From Octopus sinensis (lineage: Eukaryota): a DNA stretch of 64,000 nucleotides. Shown one piece after another: positions 49,616 to 63,260 of this stretch (position 1 is its first letter; each line of letters begins with the position of its first letter). The translations under genes were made by a program, and so were the position numbers. The DNA is taken from the NCBI RefSeq assembly GCF_006345805.1, contig NC_043008.1, positions 40,052,001-40,116,000 on the forward strand, read 5' to 3'. The notes beneath the pieces were generated by a model that did no database searches, was not told the origin of the DNA, and saw nothing but the letters and a program-made list of their open reading frames with translations.

Positions 49616-52600
49616 GTTTCTACTCTATCACTGCACCAACAAAAGCTTTATGCGAGAATTTGGTTGGCGAAATCTGGGAAAAGTCCGTTTCTCTCCTTCC
49701 TTTACCTGAAAACAGAAGTGTGCTTGTTTACGTGTCTTTTTTCATTTCATATATATAAATAAAAGAAAAGTAAAAGTTTTGTTTGTATGTCACGTATTTT
49801 TTCAAACTGCATCGTTAAAATAGCAGTATATTATGATTTTCTACTGCATCTCGAAAGCCACTTATATTCCAATATTTCTTTGAAAGATTTAGTGGTGGTA
49901 TTGGAAGGGGGGGCATTTTAGCTTCTGAGAGTACTTATAGACACACAAGAAGAAACCCCACCTCATATACATAAATGAAAAGGAAAATGTTTGCCCGCCT
50001 GTATGTTGAATGCTAAAAGTATAGCATACGCAACAGGTAATATATTGGTTTTAAAAATATTAAAAATAATACGGTATGTATCATTTGAAAATAATTTAAG
50101 TACGCTGATATTACAAGACTACTTATTGAAACACGGGGGGGGGGAGCAAGAGGGAGAATGTGTGGAAAGAAATGGCGATAAAAAGCGAGAGAGAGGGAAA
50201 TATCTTAATACTTTTTCTCTTGATAGATTTGTTTGTAATCATTCATATTGAAACTAATGATAAAAGTGTGACAACACTTAATATTTATTTTTTATCTAAT
50301 CAAACTATAACTGTTATTACCAACATTGTTATTTATATAACGATTATTATTATTATTATTATTGTTATTTTTAATGTTTTTACGACATCATTCTGTATTT
50401 GTTAAACTTTGTAGTTTTCGCTTTCCTCCTCTTCGTTTTAGTTGAAAATATATTTGTAGAATGAAATGATTGATGAAGTCGGTAGATAGAGACCTCACAA
50501 TTTGATTAAAGTTAAACCATCAACTCAATAGTTTGCTTACTTCCAATTGGGATATCAATTTATTTTGAAGCTGTTAAGTCAAAGAAATTTGAATGTAATG
50601 CAATTTTAATTTAACAGTATATAAAATTACTGATATAAGGAAGTTATAATTTTCTGTTAAATTGGAAACTATCAATCAAAAATCTATTGCTTGACAAGAG
50701 ATTTCATGATAGATGAAAGCAATTGCAAAAATAATAAAATAATATTAATAAAATGTTAAGAAATGATTTCAAAAGCGAGGTAACGAGAAGCAAAAAAGCA
50801 ATAACGAGTGAGAACAGAAGTTGGAGGTGGCAGTAGCAACGAGGGGCGGGGGGGGCGTGAAAATATAGAGACACAAACTGAGAGAAAGGAGATGAGAGGC
50901 AGGGAGAGAATGGTCAGAAAGAGAGGGAAATGGAAATCGGAAGGAGAGTGTTGAATCTAATGAGAGAGATAAACTGGCAAACATCCATACTGTTTAAACA
51001 GATTTAGTGTATGTTGATGAATAACTAACTGGAAAGAAAGAAAAAAGAAAAAAAGTCTAGAAAAATCAAGTTTCTTCCAATAGTCTATTTGATTAGCAGC
51101 TTGTCACTTTGGCAACAAAATAAACTTCAATGATGGTAATCCTTTTAAATTAAGTTACTGTGAAATTGAAATCCAAGAATAGTGGCTTGCCTGAAATCTT
51201 TTATTAGCTTAATGTTGAAATACAAAGTGTGAAACATTGAGCAGGTGGCATTAATTAATTTCTAGTTAAAAATCTGAAAACGTTATGCCTAGATTTGTTT
51301 GTCTTCCTTTCTTTTCCTATATCGAATTTCAAATAAATTAAATTTTTGCTATTTTATTTGATTCCTTACAAGTCTCGGTATTTATTTTAGATGTCATTTA
51401 TTAATGTAAAGATTTGAAAGTTCTGTAAATAAATGTTTCCGTTAATACGAAAAGTGTTATATCTCTGAAGCTATCAGAAGTTGTGGCTGTTTCGAGGAAC
51501 ATATTTTATAACCAATTTGGAAAAACTCTGGGGCAGTTCAAATGCACCATAAGCTTCACTAGCAATAATTTTTTAAAGTTGAATTATACAGAGGAAGCAG
51601 ATCTCTGTTTAGTTGTTTTATTTCAAAAAATAAAAACTGACTATAACAACAAAAATTAAACCCTAAAATTAAAACCACTCTTTTCTACAGTACAATATCG
51701 ATTGCCATTTTTATATATTTTAATCTACCCACGATAAAACGCGTATATCTTTAGAGACAAAGACACGAGGAATCTTAAAGTGGACAGTCACTCTGTCCCA
51801 GATATTTCCTTCACACTGCATCTTTCTGCCTTTAAAATAAATGGAGAACTCTAGATTGTGTTGTTTTAATTACCAAGTAGCTACAAGGACGATGATTGAG
51901 ACATAAGTAGAATCATTTAGCGCTCAAACCTGCGTAAGCTGGACAAAATTGTCAACGATGTTTTACTTGTGTACTTCAGATAGAAGAACTGCTGCTTAGA
52001 GGAGTATGAGGCTTGAAGTTCAAGTGTTGGGTATACATTAAGTTATCCCTTAGTTGCAACTATTCCAATGTCTACCCTGGTGTGAGGAACCAGTGGCAAA
52101 CAAGGGTTGCACCCATGTGTCTAATAGTAGATGGATAGTCCTGTAGAAGGTCATACAAGTGTCCGAGGAGTTTTTGCCCATTTGACATGTGTTTCAGTGG
52201 CCGAAAACTTCGTGGATATATCCTGTTAACACGGGAAACAAACCCTTTGATTTATGTTCAAAGAATCTGTGCTAAGTGCAATCACGGGTGAACAAGAGAT
52301 TAGCAGAGAAAATTAAATAACCTGGCAGGCTCTTAATTTTTCATATGTTCCTCAATTTCTGCAAGGACATCATATGAAATAAGAGGGCGAAGGAGACAGA
52401 AATGGAAAGAGATTCACTTGAGTATATTTCAAATGAGGTTGTCAATGTTCTGTTATATAAATATTCGTAATTTAATAATTAAATTCAAACACAAATAATC
52501 ACTAAGAGGTCTATCTGATGCTCTGTTGTCCAGTGCATTGTTTACCATAGAATAAAGGAAAGAGAACACAACCCCGATGATTTTTGACTTCAAATCCTAA

Positions 52601-53091
52601 ATGAAGTAAATTCCTTTACTTGATCGTGTTATCGATTCTAAGAAATAATGAAGAAGCTATGACAATGAATTCAAATGTTAAAATAAAGACACCGATTTTA
52701 GGGGAAAGGTTGTGTGGATTACAACTTGGTTACTTTATTGGGATTTTATTTTACTAGCCCTGGAAGGATGAATGGCAATGTTGACTACGGAGGGGTTGAA
52801 ACTTAGAATATAAAGAGCTGCTGCAGGAAACGTCGAAAAGTGTTGTTTTAAGTTCTAATGATCGTGTTACTTGACACACACTATAACTTCTAAAAAGGTT
52901 TGAGCGTTTGCGATTGCAATGCCTTAGTGTGTGTGTGTGTGAGCATGTGCGTGCGTGTGCGTGTTTGGTTGAGCGGGAGAGAGAGAGAGAGAGAGAGAGT
53001 GTGTGTGTGTGTGTGTGTGTGTTGTGTGTGTGTTGTGTGTGTTGTGTGTGATGGAAGTAGCTCCTTATCAGCAACTTCAATTGTAATCAAC

Positions 53092-53600
53092 AGACCCCGT
53101 TGGGTCATGAATAACCATGGGATTGTACCTAGAAAGTTACCCTCCGAGTCACAAGTTCGGGCAAGATTGTTTATGGAAGACCAGCAGTCGCCCACGCATA
53201 TCAGCCTTCCCTTTTTACGCCATCGATGTTATCCAAAGGAAAGGCAAAGTCCGATACAGCTTGGCGCCAGTGACGTTGCAGCTCATTTATTAACGTGCAA
53301 GTGGTCGAGCATTTCACAGACACGTGTACCCTTAACGTAGTTCTCGGGGAGATTCAGCGTGACACAGAGTGTGACAAGGCTGGCCTTTGAAATACAGGTA
53401 CAACAGAAACAGAAAGAAAGAGTGAGAGAAAATTGTGGTGAAAGAGTACAGCAGGGTTCGCCACAATCCCCTGCCGGAGCCTCGTGGAACTTTAGGTGTT
53501 TTTGCTCAATAAACACTCACAATTCCTGGTCTGGGAATCGAAACCGCGATCCTACGACAGCGAGTCCGCTGCCCTAACCACAAAGCCATTGCGCCTCCAC
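53092..53600 (-). mobile_element. Composite SINE: family B head/body (53600-53295) joined to family C 3' body (53292-53092)
   Basis: Head matches 59839; the distal part matches 45380-45580. Confidence 0.75.
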
Positions 53601-54615
53601 AATCAACAGACTGTGTATAGACTTAATTTTTATAGTAGCCTCTACATAATGACAGGTTTTCAGGAATTGTAATGATGCAGGTAGAAAACATTTTAATGTC
53701 TGTTCGATATGAATTTTGTAGAGCTCTTCTTGTTAGCCTTCTCATGAATCTGAATGAGAAATCGTTGATATTTTCCATAATTAAATTCATCACTAATATA
53801 GTCATACACTCTTATTACCAAGGTTGATAATGCTCATCACCTCTCTTCATTCATATCCATCGCTCGTATAATATCATACACCACTGCTCCCCCTTAACAT
53901 CACCTCTTGTAGTTATACGCAATGGCCACTGTAGCTACGGTGAAAGGAATCTCAGCTTTGGAGACAAGTACAACAAAGAAACCTGTGAAGAAACCCTTAA
54001 AGTAATTTCGATAAATTATAGAACAAACGTAACTGTTATAAATAAATAGAAGTTACCTTGAGAAATATTTGCTGTAAGACCCAACATCAACATAAGCTAC
54101 AGCAATAATAAATGTTTGCTATTCATTCATCAGCAAAACACCTGTAGTTCTGTGATGTTGAAATGTTGCTTCTATCTTATTACAGTAGCAAGACAGTAGG
54201 AGTTTGCCATTCTAGAAAACCACCGAAACTCGTCCATGCAAAGCATGGTGCCTAAGGGATATTTATACCTGATTATAGTAAAAATGGACGCCGGTATACG
54301 CATTTTGAGAATCCTATTTTTGCTGAGTGCTATCATAAATTTACATTGAGATAGGAATTCATTCAGTATTGCACTTATATCCAACGCGAAACTGGGCCGT
54401 TTATCTTCATACTAGCTGGTCTCGGAATATTTTGTTTACCCTTTTACAAGAATGTCTAATATCATTTGAGAAGTTAATCTTTAGGCGTTCCTATGAGTGG
54501 CTGTTGCATAAATGCAAGAACTTTAGTGCCAATACTAATTTGGCATTGGGATAAACCTTCCCTTTCTGCTACCCTTTTGCTATTTTCAAATAGATATTGG
54601 TATAGGTTCTCAATT

Positions 54616-54920
54616 GTGAAAGCGCAATGGCCCAGTGGTTAGGGCAGTAGACTCGTGGTCGGAGGAAAGCGGTTTCAATTCCCAGACCGAGCGTTGTGTG
54701 TTTATTGAGCGAAAACACCTATAGATCTACGTAGCTCAGGCAAGGGATGGCAGCGACCTCTGTGGTACTCTTTCGCCCCAAATTTCTCTCACTCTTTCTT
54801 CCTGTTTCTTGAGTAACGCTGCGATGGACTGGCGTCCCGTCACTCTGGGGGAACACATACGCCACAGAAACCGGGAAACCGGGCCCATGAGCTTCGCTAG
54901 GCTTCAAAAGGGCCCAAAGA
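54616..54920 (+). mobile_element. tRNA-derived SINE, family B
   Basis: gcgcaatggcccagtggttagggc..ggtttcaattcccagacc..gaaaccgggaaaccgggccc. Confidence 0.85.
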
Positions 54921-56519
54921 AGAAAGAAGTAGGGTCTCCATTAAAACATTGATATATTTGTTAACAGCATATAATTAGTTGTTGCAGATTTGTGCACTTT
55001 CTGTTGTTGTGATGTTTGGTGTTTCCTGTAGTTTTTTTCTTTTTTGTGTAGTACTGTGTGGGGTGATGGAAGTGCTGCTATGTTCAGTTTGGTGTTTGAA
55101 GTGTGGGTAGGACAATGATCGTTGGAAACTGAATCTTCTCATTTGTCTTTTTTTCCTGTGGTGACGCTTTTATACAACGGTTTATCCCATTTCGGCGAGA
55201 ACACCTTTGGTAAATTTTCATCAAAACACAGGTACAGAGATATAAAAGCAAGATTCACGAATGTATATGCGTTGGGTAGTGAATATCTACAGTTACTTTT
55301 ACTGTAGCAAATATTTTCTCTTGTTAGGAACGGGAATAAACAATTGTCATATATTTACGAATGCAAACAGACAGAATACATGTATCAATGTCAGTGAGAT
55401 TTGTATATTTAAATATTGAACTCTCTCTGCTACATTATATATGTTCAATTGAATAGAGATGACCGTTGCGTCATGTGTGTGTGTGTGTGTATGCATTTGT
55501 ATGAATGTGAGCATGTAATGTTTGCATATATCTATCCGATGTTGCACGGAATAAGGTGTCACCCCACCCCAAAAACAAATAAAGGCCACAAGCAATTAAT
55601 TACATTATATCAATGAATCCTCATCAAAATACCTGCATATCTTCTTGCTTTGCATTACTGGAAATATGTAATTCTGAATAACATGATCAGGGACATGTCG
55701 TCGGGAAACACATCGGTTCGTATTACACGCATCTCAGACTTTAAATATACAAAACAGTGACCTACGGACATATAAAAATAGGTACACAGCGCGTTGTGAG
55801 ACCATTTTGTTGTTGATAACTTCCTAAAATTTTCTTGCAGTTCATGTCATGCTACACAGTGAAGTTATATGTAAAGTTCTGCATATAACAATTCCATGAA
55901 CCTTGTACTTTCTAACAAATCTTGGCATGCGTAAATTCATATAAGATAAGGAATGCGTTCGAGTGACCAGCATTCGTCTTCTGAGGAATTGAATAATTAC
56001 CTTCCTAGGGATTGGTCTTACTTCAGCTTCAGCTTGTCTTTCTACATGTTTTTCTGCTAGTCCATCTCTCTCTCTCTCTCTCTCTCTTTCCCTCGCATGA
56101 TATATATGTAAGTTTTCATTAGTTCACCTCGAAATCTGCTGTGGCAATGCTGGAGCATTGGCGTCACCTTTCCTAAACGTTCACCCCTTGAATCATCCTC
56201 TGATACGTAACATTTGTTTACTGAGGAAGTTTGATGTTGCTGCTAACTTTCCTTTCTGCTGCGAGGTAGGTTCACCTGGAACACTTGATAGAAGGAGATC
56301 CGTCTTCTTTTGAAGATATAAATATCCACCATACATATCCGCCATATATAGGTCTTTTGCATTTTGGGAAGATATTGAAAGCCTGGAGTCCTTTGAAGCC
56401 CAAGCTGTTGCACTATCTAGATTCGTATATAGATGATATTGATGATATTCCTTTGAAATACAAGTTGTTGCACTATCTGGTTTTGCATGTTAATGATGAT
56501 ATGATAGAGCCACTGTCAC

Positions 56520-57400
56520 TGGCTATGCGGATGATACAAATTTATCAGATGCAATAAAAAATCAAGATGACGTAGCAAGCTTGCAACGGGATCCTAATTC
56601 GATATATACGTGGGCTGAAATAAACAACATGTAATTTAATGCTGGGAAATTTCAAGTACTGCACTATCGGCTTCTAAATGCACTACAGCCTGTATATGCA
56701 CCACCTGAAGGCTCTGCAGTCCCAGAGTCACATGCAGTAAAATACGTGGGGTTCAGCATGTGCAAGGACGCATCATTTTATATGCACATTATCAAGATTA
56801 CAGGAAAGTGCAGACAACTAGAAGGATGGATACTGTTGTCCTTCAAGACGAGAGACGAAGAAACTATGTTGACCTTGTGGAGAACCTTTGTTTAGAGCCA
56901 CAATATAGTGCCAAAGTAACTGCGGAGTTTGAAGCAGCCCAACGCCACGACACTAAAAATATTGAAACAGTGCAACGGATGACCTATAAGGATAGGTTGA
57001 GAAACCTACAACTTTACTCTCTGGAGTGAAGGCGCGACTGATATGTAATAATCTACATATAGAAAATTCTAAAGAGGCTAGTAGGAAATTTCGGCATCGA
57101 GAGTCATACAAATGCCAGAACCGGCTGCCTTTGCATTGAACCAAAACTACCATCCACGCCTTCTAAATTTAGGACCAGCTACTGCAATAGTCTACTGTTC
57201 AAATTTCAACAGATTTTCAATGCCCTGCTACAATAATTAAGAAGTCTACATAAGGTGGGAGTAGATGTCTTCAAAAAGGAACTAGCCATCATCCTCTCCA
57301 CAATACCGGATGAACCCCTCAGCCTGACATGACGTACAGACAAGAGCAGCTTAATTTCTGAGGTGTTCCAGTATGACAACAACTGCATGGCTGAAGCAAG
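56520..57400 (+). mobile_element. CR1/L2-like LINE RT and C-terminal fragment
   Basis: YADDT..LQRD..IYTWAEINNM*FNAGKFQVLHY, LLSFKTRD..MLTLWR, TYKDRLRNLQLYSLE.RR, IFNAL, FKKEL...IPDEP. Confidence 0.85.
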
Positions 57401-57452
57401 TAAAAGAATATACATATATATTTATATTTATGCATCTATCTCTCTCTCTCAA

Positions 57453-57514
<62 letters not shown>

Positions 57515-57741
57515 TATAATACACAGCTCCATGATAGAAAATTCTACAAAAAATGTACTCCATCTGGTGAGAGATAAATATTATTCATGTAAATGTAACG
57601 ATGTGGATTTTATATGTGGTTTGCGCCTGAAGGATATGTTTGAGTTCTATCCACATATGAAAATATTACTTGCGCTTTAACATACGTTAATATACGTGTG
57701 TATATATTAGCTTACAGTAATATATACACACATAAACATTT

Positions 57742-58530
57742 TCTGATCAATAAGTTTCCGGATTGTTGGGTAGAGTAACGACGCTAAATCACCCAGGTTG
57801 AAGCCGATTAGCATACATTGTGATATGCTGCGCATGTGGACAAGGATTTAACGTTCTAGCTCACTCTCACTGTTTATAGTAGAGCTTGGAATGAACGTGT
57901 GATCCTCGCATTAGCAATAACAGAGGAAGTTGAACAGAGAATCTACATTGCATTTTGTCAAAAGCTTAGTGATACCTGCTCAGAGAACTACGCAATGTTT
58001 TCAAGAAATTTTCATCGTTCTTAACACAATCGAGGAGAACTTTTGCAACTGAAATCCAAATTACCTTTTGATCAGCTAAAAGCAGTTTTGGCACAAACTT
58101 GGCAGAAGCACGTCCCATACTCAAATTTTCTGCGATAACAGGCTGAACTGAACCGTTACTAATCTGCATATGTCGGATAATTCACAGAAGATAATTCAAC
58201 ATTTTCCTCTCACAGTTGAATGCATATCTGAATTTTCGCAGTCCTGATGGTCGCGGGTCTCCCAAATCCCCCCCATAATCTTTCTGCAACATTGCGTCCG
58301 CTTCTGAGCAGGCATCGCCATGACAAGTTGCTCTGTGATGGTCAATGCGACGACCACATACTACACACCTTCCTTCCAAGCACTACTGTAAACAGAGAAA
58401 TTGAGCTAGACCGTTAGAACCTACCGCGCATGCACAGAAGAGGTCAAGGTCAATCTTCCCCAAGCCACTTTACTCTGCGTGCTTTAGCTTTGTTACTATG
58501 GCAACATCCAAGATACATAATCATCGGACA
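57742..58530. mobile_element. Mariner-derived element made of two inverted 5' ends
   Basis: Plus arm: EVEQRIYIAFCQKLSDTCSENYAM; minus arm: ISNGSVQ.VI.ENL.M.R.SAKFVPKLL..DQK..LLDCVKNDENFLK; outer ends are mutually inverted. Confidence 0.8.
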
Positions 58531-58553
58531 TCATATTATATATATATATATGC

Positions 58554-58620
<67 letters not shown>

Positions 58621-58656
58621 ATATATATATATGCATGTATATATATATATATATGC

Positions 58657-58704
<48 letters not shown>

Positions 58705-59838
58705 GCACGCGTGTACACATGTTCTTGGTGCATAGTAAAGAGCAACAAGCGTATTACATGACTTTACAGAAAAAACAACGTATGGTATATGAATATATCA
58801 ATAGAACACGTATATGATACGATAATCGCTTGATATTATGGACTGTAAATTTCCACACACGCACACATATACATAAACACAGAAAGCACATCCTCATAGA
58901 TACGGCTTTATACATACATAAACTTACATACTTCTATATATTTAAATATATATATATATATGTATATGATTTAGAGAAAAAAACACTATTATACTCCCTA
59001 ATATTATAATATTATATATATATATATATATAGGTGTGTAAATACATACTTATATGGAAACAAAATCTTTATTTTTGCTGTGTGATGGCTTATGGCTTAT
59101 GGACACAATTAATGTTCATCTGAAGAGAAGAAGAATGTTGGTAAATTTCATTGGAATATATATTTTCTGTAAGAAAATATTTAATATTGCATTATATTTT
59201 TCTTTTATTAGAAGAGCGACACAATAACAGAACGTTTCTCTTTCTACTACTGAATCTCTTCAGTATTTTGGAAGAAGTTTTGTTTTATTTTATTTTATTT
59301 TTTTCTGATAACCCTTATGTATGTGAAGTAATGGGAATCCACTCATTCATCGCATATGTGGATTTTCGAATTATATTTACATACAGAGACACAGGCATAG
59401 ACACACACACACATACACATACACATGTATATATTCATTCATACAAGGTAACCCCAAAAACGTATACAAACATTGAATGATTATAATCTAAGCGTTTATG
59501 AAAATATATTTAGGTTTAAAAATTTGATAGGATTTGAGAGACTTTATCACTTTGAAGAATATCTGTTTCCAAACTGATGTTAACAGTCGTAAACCGTAGG
59601 TAATGAAAAGCAATAGAATCGCAAAGACCGAACAGCAAAAAACATCTAATTGTGTATCGGTTTGCATTCTTCTACAATGACTCTTGGTAAGGTGTAACTT
59701 GTAAATTATAACTTGTAAAATGAAAATACCTCCAATAGTATGAGCTCATTTTACTGTCCCGCTTCGCCCAGTCTAATTGTGTATCAAAATCCCATCTTTG
59801 TAGGCTCTTGTATTACTATTGTATATGTTCAATCTCGC

Positions 59839-60112
59839 GTGGAGGCGCAATGGCCCAGTGGTTAGGGCAGCGGACTCCCGGTCGGAGGATTGTGCTTTCG
59901 AATTTCAGACCGGGCGTTGTGTGTGTTTATTGAGCGAAAACACCTAAAAGGGCCACGAGGCTCCGGCAGGGGGCGGTGGCGACCCCTGTTGTACTCTTTC
60001 GCCACAAATTTCTCTCACTCTCTCTTCCTGTTTCTTGATTAACGCTGTGATGGACTTGCGTCAACTCCAGCAGGGGGGGACGCATACACCACAGAAACCG
60101 GAAAACCGGGTA
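59839..60112 (+). mobile_element. tRNA-derived SINE, family B
   Basis: gtggaggcgcaatggcccagtggttagggcagcggactc head plus shared body. Confidence 0.85.
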
Positions 60113-60629
60113 CACCTCACTGGAAATACAGCTACAGATTTCAAAATCTTTCTTGAATGCTTAGGATAACATGTTATCACAACAAAGTTTTATAAATACC
60201 AAAAAAAAACCTCTCCCATAACAAATGATTTGTCCATTTAATCTTTTTCATGATTAGCCTCTTCATATAGTGACTGCTGCTAAATTGACAAGTCGTTTCC
60301 TCCTCAATATTCAGATTCTCTAGTAGCCAATAGATGCAACTGTGGTGGTTTAGCAGAGCCATTTCATTTTAATGTAGCCTTATCGCTGCAAACAACATTT
60401 GGTGGAAAGTGTGAATCTTTTACACATCATAAAAATTAAGAGAAGAAATCGCCCCCAGGACATTTATTTGAGCCTGGTACTTACTTTGTTGGTCTTTTTT
60501 GTAGACTCTGTACACTGAGGGGGCGTAAAGGGGATAATATCGTTTTTGAAGCTGTGGTAGGGACAAACAAAATCAGAAAGATATACCAACACATACATAA
60601 ACACACACGCACACACACACACATGCACA

Positions 60630-60817
60630 TATATAGGTAGATAAATAGACAGACAGACTGAGATACAGACAGATAGACAGATAAGCAGACAGACAGATAC
60701 ATAGATAGGTACGTAGATAGAAAATAGGTAGGTAGGTAAATATATATACAGATAAATAGATAGATAGATAGATAGATATATAGATAGACAGACACACATG
60801 CAGATAGACAGACAGAC

Positions 60818-60856
<39 letters not shown>

Positions 60857-60885
60857 TAGATAGATAGACAGATAGATAGATAGAC

Positions 60886-60929
<44 letters not shown>

Positions 60930-60930
60930 T
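60630..60930. repeat. (GATA)/(GACA)/(TA)n microsatellite block
   Basis: Direct inspection. Confidence 0.95.
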
Positions 60931-61598
60931 GGTCGATAGATGGAAAGACAGATAAACATATCTCTACAAACAGGTATATATGTATACGTTTATACACATA
61001 AATTTATACACATATATGTGTGTGCGCGCATATGCGGACGTATGTGTGTGAAGGACGTACTTACTATTCAGTTTGTTGAGAGTTAGAAAGGGGAAATATT
61101 TAAAAAAAACATCTAAAGGGTAATTAATAATAATAATAATATCAGGATAATTGCTATATTTACTAGAATTCAGATCATATGTTTTTTTGGGGATAACATT
61201 ACGGAGATAATAAATGAATTAAAATTATTTGGGCAAGACAACAAGTATATAGAAATGAGATTAGGTTATGTGATACAACTGTAGAGGGTTCATTAGAACA
61301 TGGGCGATAGCTATATTTGCGGAAGAGGATTAGATATTCACTGACAGGAAAATGATACTTGCGGGGAGAGAGAGAGGAGTCAGAGAGAGCAGATGAGAGC
61401 AAGAGAGGGAGAGAGAAAGAGTAAGAATTCGATGGCAAGGGAAGACTAACATACGCGCTTACACGATTATTTTATATGATATCATATATCTTGGGGACAA
61501 AAAGAAAAAAAAGTAAGTTGTATTTATACATAGAGAATGATTGTGAATGTCAATGTTAGTCAGTAAACAAAATATTACAATATTTACTTATTATCAGT

Positions 61599-61800
61599 AA
61601 GGCGGTGAGAGAGCAGAATCGTTAGCACACCGGCCGAAACGCTTAGTGGTATTTTGAACAAGTTCATGTTTCGCCGAGTTCGACATTACACTTTATCCTT
61701 TTGGATCTGATAAAATAAGTACCAGGCGGACACTGCGATCAATGTAATAAACGTATCCCCTCCATTAAAACTGTAGGCCTTCGACCAAATTTTGAAACCA
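61599..61800 (+). mobile_element. SINE family A (a second decayed copy follows at ~61840-62005)
   Basis: aaggcggtgag..gcagaatcgttagcac.ccgg.cgaaa.gcttag..gataaaataagtaccag..tttgaaacc. Confidence 0.7.
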
Positions 61801-62115
61801 GCATATCAGAAAGTCGCGTAGCCTGTAGGATCATTATTACACGCGGGCAAAGCGGCTAGCGGCATTTCGTTCATGTTTTCTTTCTGAGTACAAATTCTGC
61901 TGGTGTCGACTTTGTCTTTCAATCGTGCCAGTAGAACACTGGTGTCAAGAGAATCGATTTAAACCCACCTCCGAACTTTCTGGACTTGCGCTAAGATTTG
62001 AAACGAATATTAAAAGAAAATGATGTATGATTTCATGCAGTCTTTCAATTGTTTGTCGAACTTCGATAAAAACGTTTAAAAACGTGATAACAGAGAACGA
62101 TGGAAATAAAATATG

Positions 62116-62659
62116 TAGATGTTTTCGAGCTAATTTGGATTCTTTGCCATCAAATTTGAATTTTTCAATTGGCACTCAAGCCTTGCAAAAAAAATAGAGT
62201 TAAACTACTTCAGCTGTAAGGGAATACATGTCTATCATATCTAACTCGTCCCAGTAGAGCCCACCAATTGATATATGATAAGTTCTATGAAATAAATCAT
62301 GAACACTGTGATAGCTTCTACCAAAACATGCTCCGTTACGTTGACCTATCTGAAAAAGGGGAGATAATTAACGAATGATTCTTTTTCTATTATCTCCCCT
62401 TGTTCAGACCAGTCGATGTAACGTAGCATCTTTTGGTAGAAGCTATCACAGTGTTTATGAGTTATTTCATCGAACTTTTCAGATATCATTTTGTGGGCTC
62501 CACTGGACGAGTTAGATAAGATAGACATGTATTCCCTTACGGCTGATGTAGTTTAACTCTTTTTTTTTCAAGGCTTGAGCACCAATTGAAGATTTGAAAT
62601 TTGATTGCAAAGAATTCAAATTTCATGGCAAAGACTCCAAACAAGATCGAAAACATCTA
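62116..62659. mobile_element. ~545-bp foldback element (MITE-like) with TA at both ends
   Basis: tagatgttttcga..agagttaaactac..gtaagggaatacatgtctatc..cactgtgatagcttctaccaaaa..aggggagataat mirrored on the right arm to tcgaaaacatcta. Confidence 0.9.
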
Positions 62660-63101
62660 TAAGTGACATTATTCCCACAAATAGTATACACAAATTAAGC
62701 TGTATCAATAATATCAATGGTTTATTGAGTGAGTATTGTAAAAAGATAAAGTAAACTTCATATGATTATGTGCCTCAAATTTTAGTTCTAACACTTTTTT
62801 CCCCTTGTTGATGTAAGCCCGAAATCTCATTTCAATTTTCAGAATAACATGTATTCTCTCAGCCTCATAGAAAGAGAAACAAGCATCAATTTTAATCAAT
62901 AAGAATGAAATTCTGACTTGTGTATAGTTAGAATTGTCCCTTTGCATGTATGAATTTTGGGTTTAGCTCCATTGCACTGAGCTATAGACATGTGCTTCTC
63001 GACTGAAGCCTTGGGAAGGCTAATGACTTCTTAGCTAATTTGTTTTAGAGAAAGTATGCAGAACCCATCCTATATACACGCGCGGATTTATATATGTATT
63101 A

Positions 63102-63260
63102 CAGGGGTTGGGCAAAATAATAGAAACACCTCAAAATTTCAATCAATCCGTGGTAAAAAATACTAAAAAACATTTTCAGGGATAACAGTCGTTAATTGAG
63201 ACGGTAGGTTGCTGACTTTTTCTTATCGAATTACGATAACTTGAAAATAGTCTTTTTTAT
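63102..63260 (+). mobile_element. Solo Tc1-like terminal fragment
   Basis: TA|caggggttgggcaaaataatagaaacacc resembles Tc1-family TIR starts; no partner end found. Confidence 0.4.

Noticed and set aside
49745-50050. Possible second non-autonomous Helitron
   Set aside because: Start resembles Helitron 5' ends, but the 3' CTRR and hairpin are not preserved
51870-52430. Complex, higher-GC block as a possible exon or LTR
   Set aside because: No ORF, motif or second copy found in the window
56390-56510. ~61-bp diverged tandem duplication within a 90-aa ORF
   Set aside because: Two copies only, no domain; ordinary local slippage
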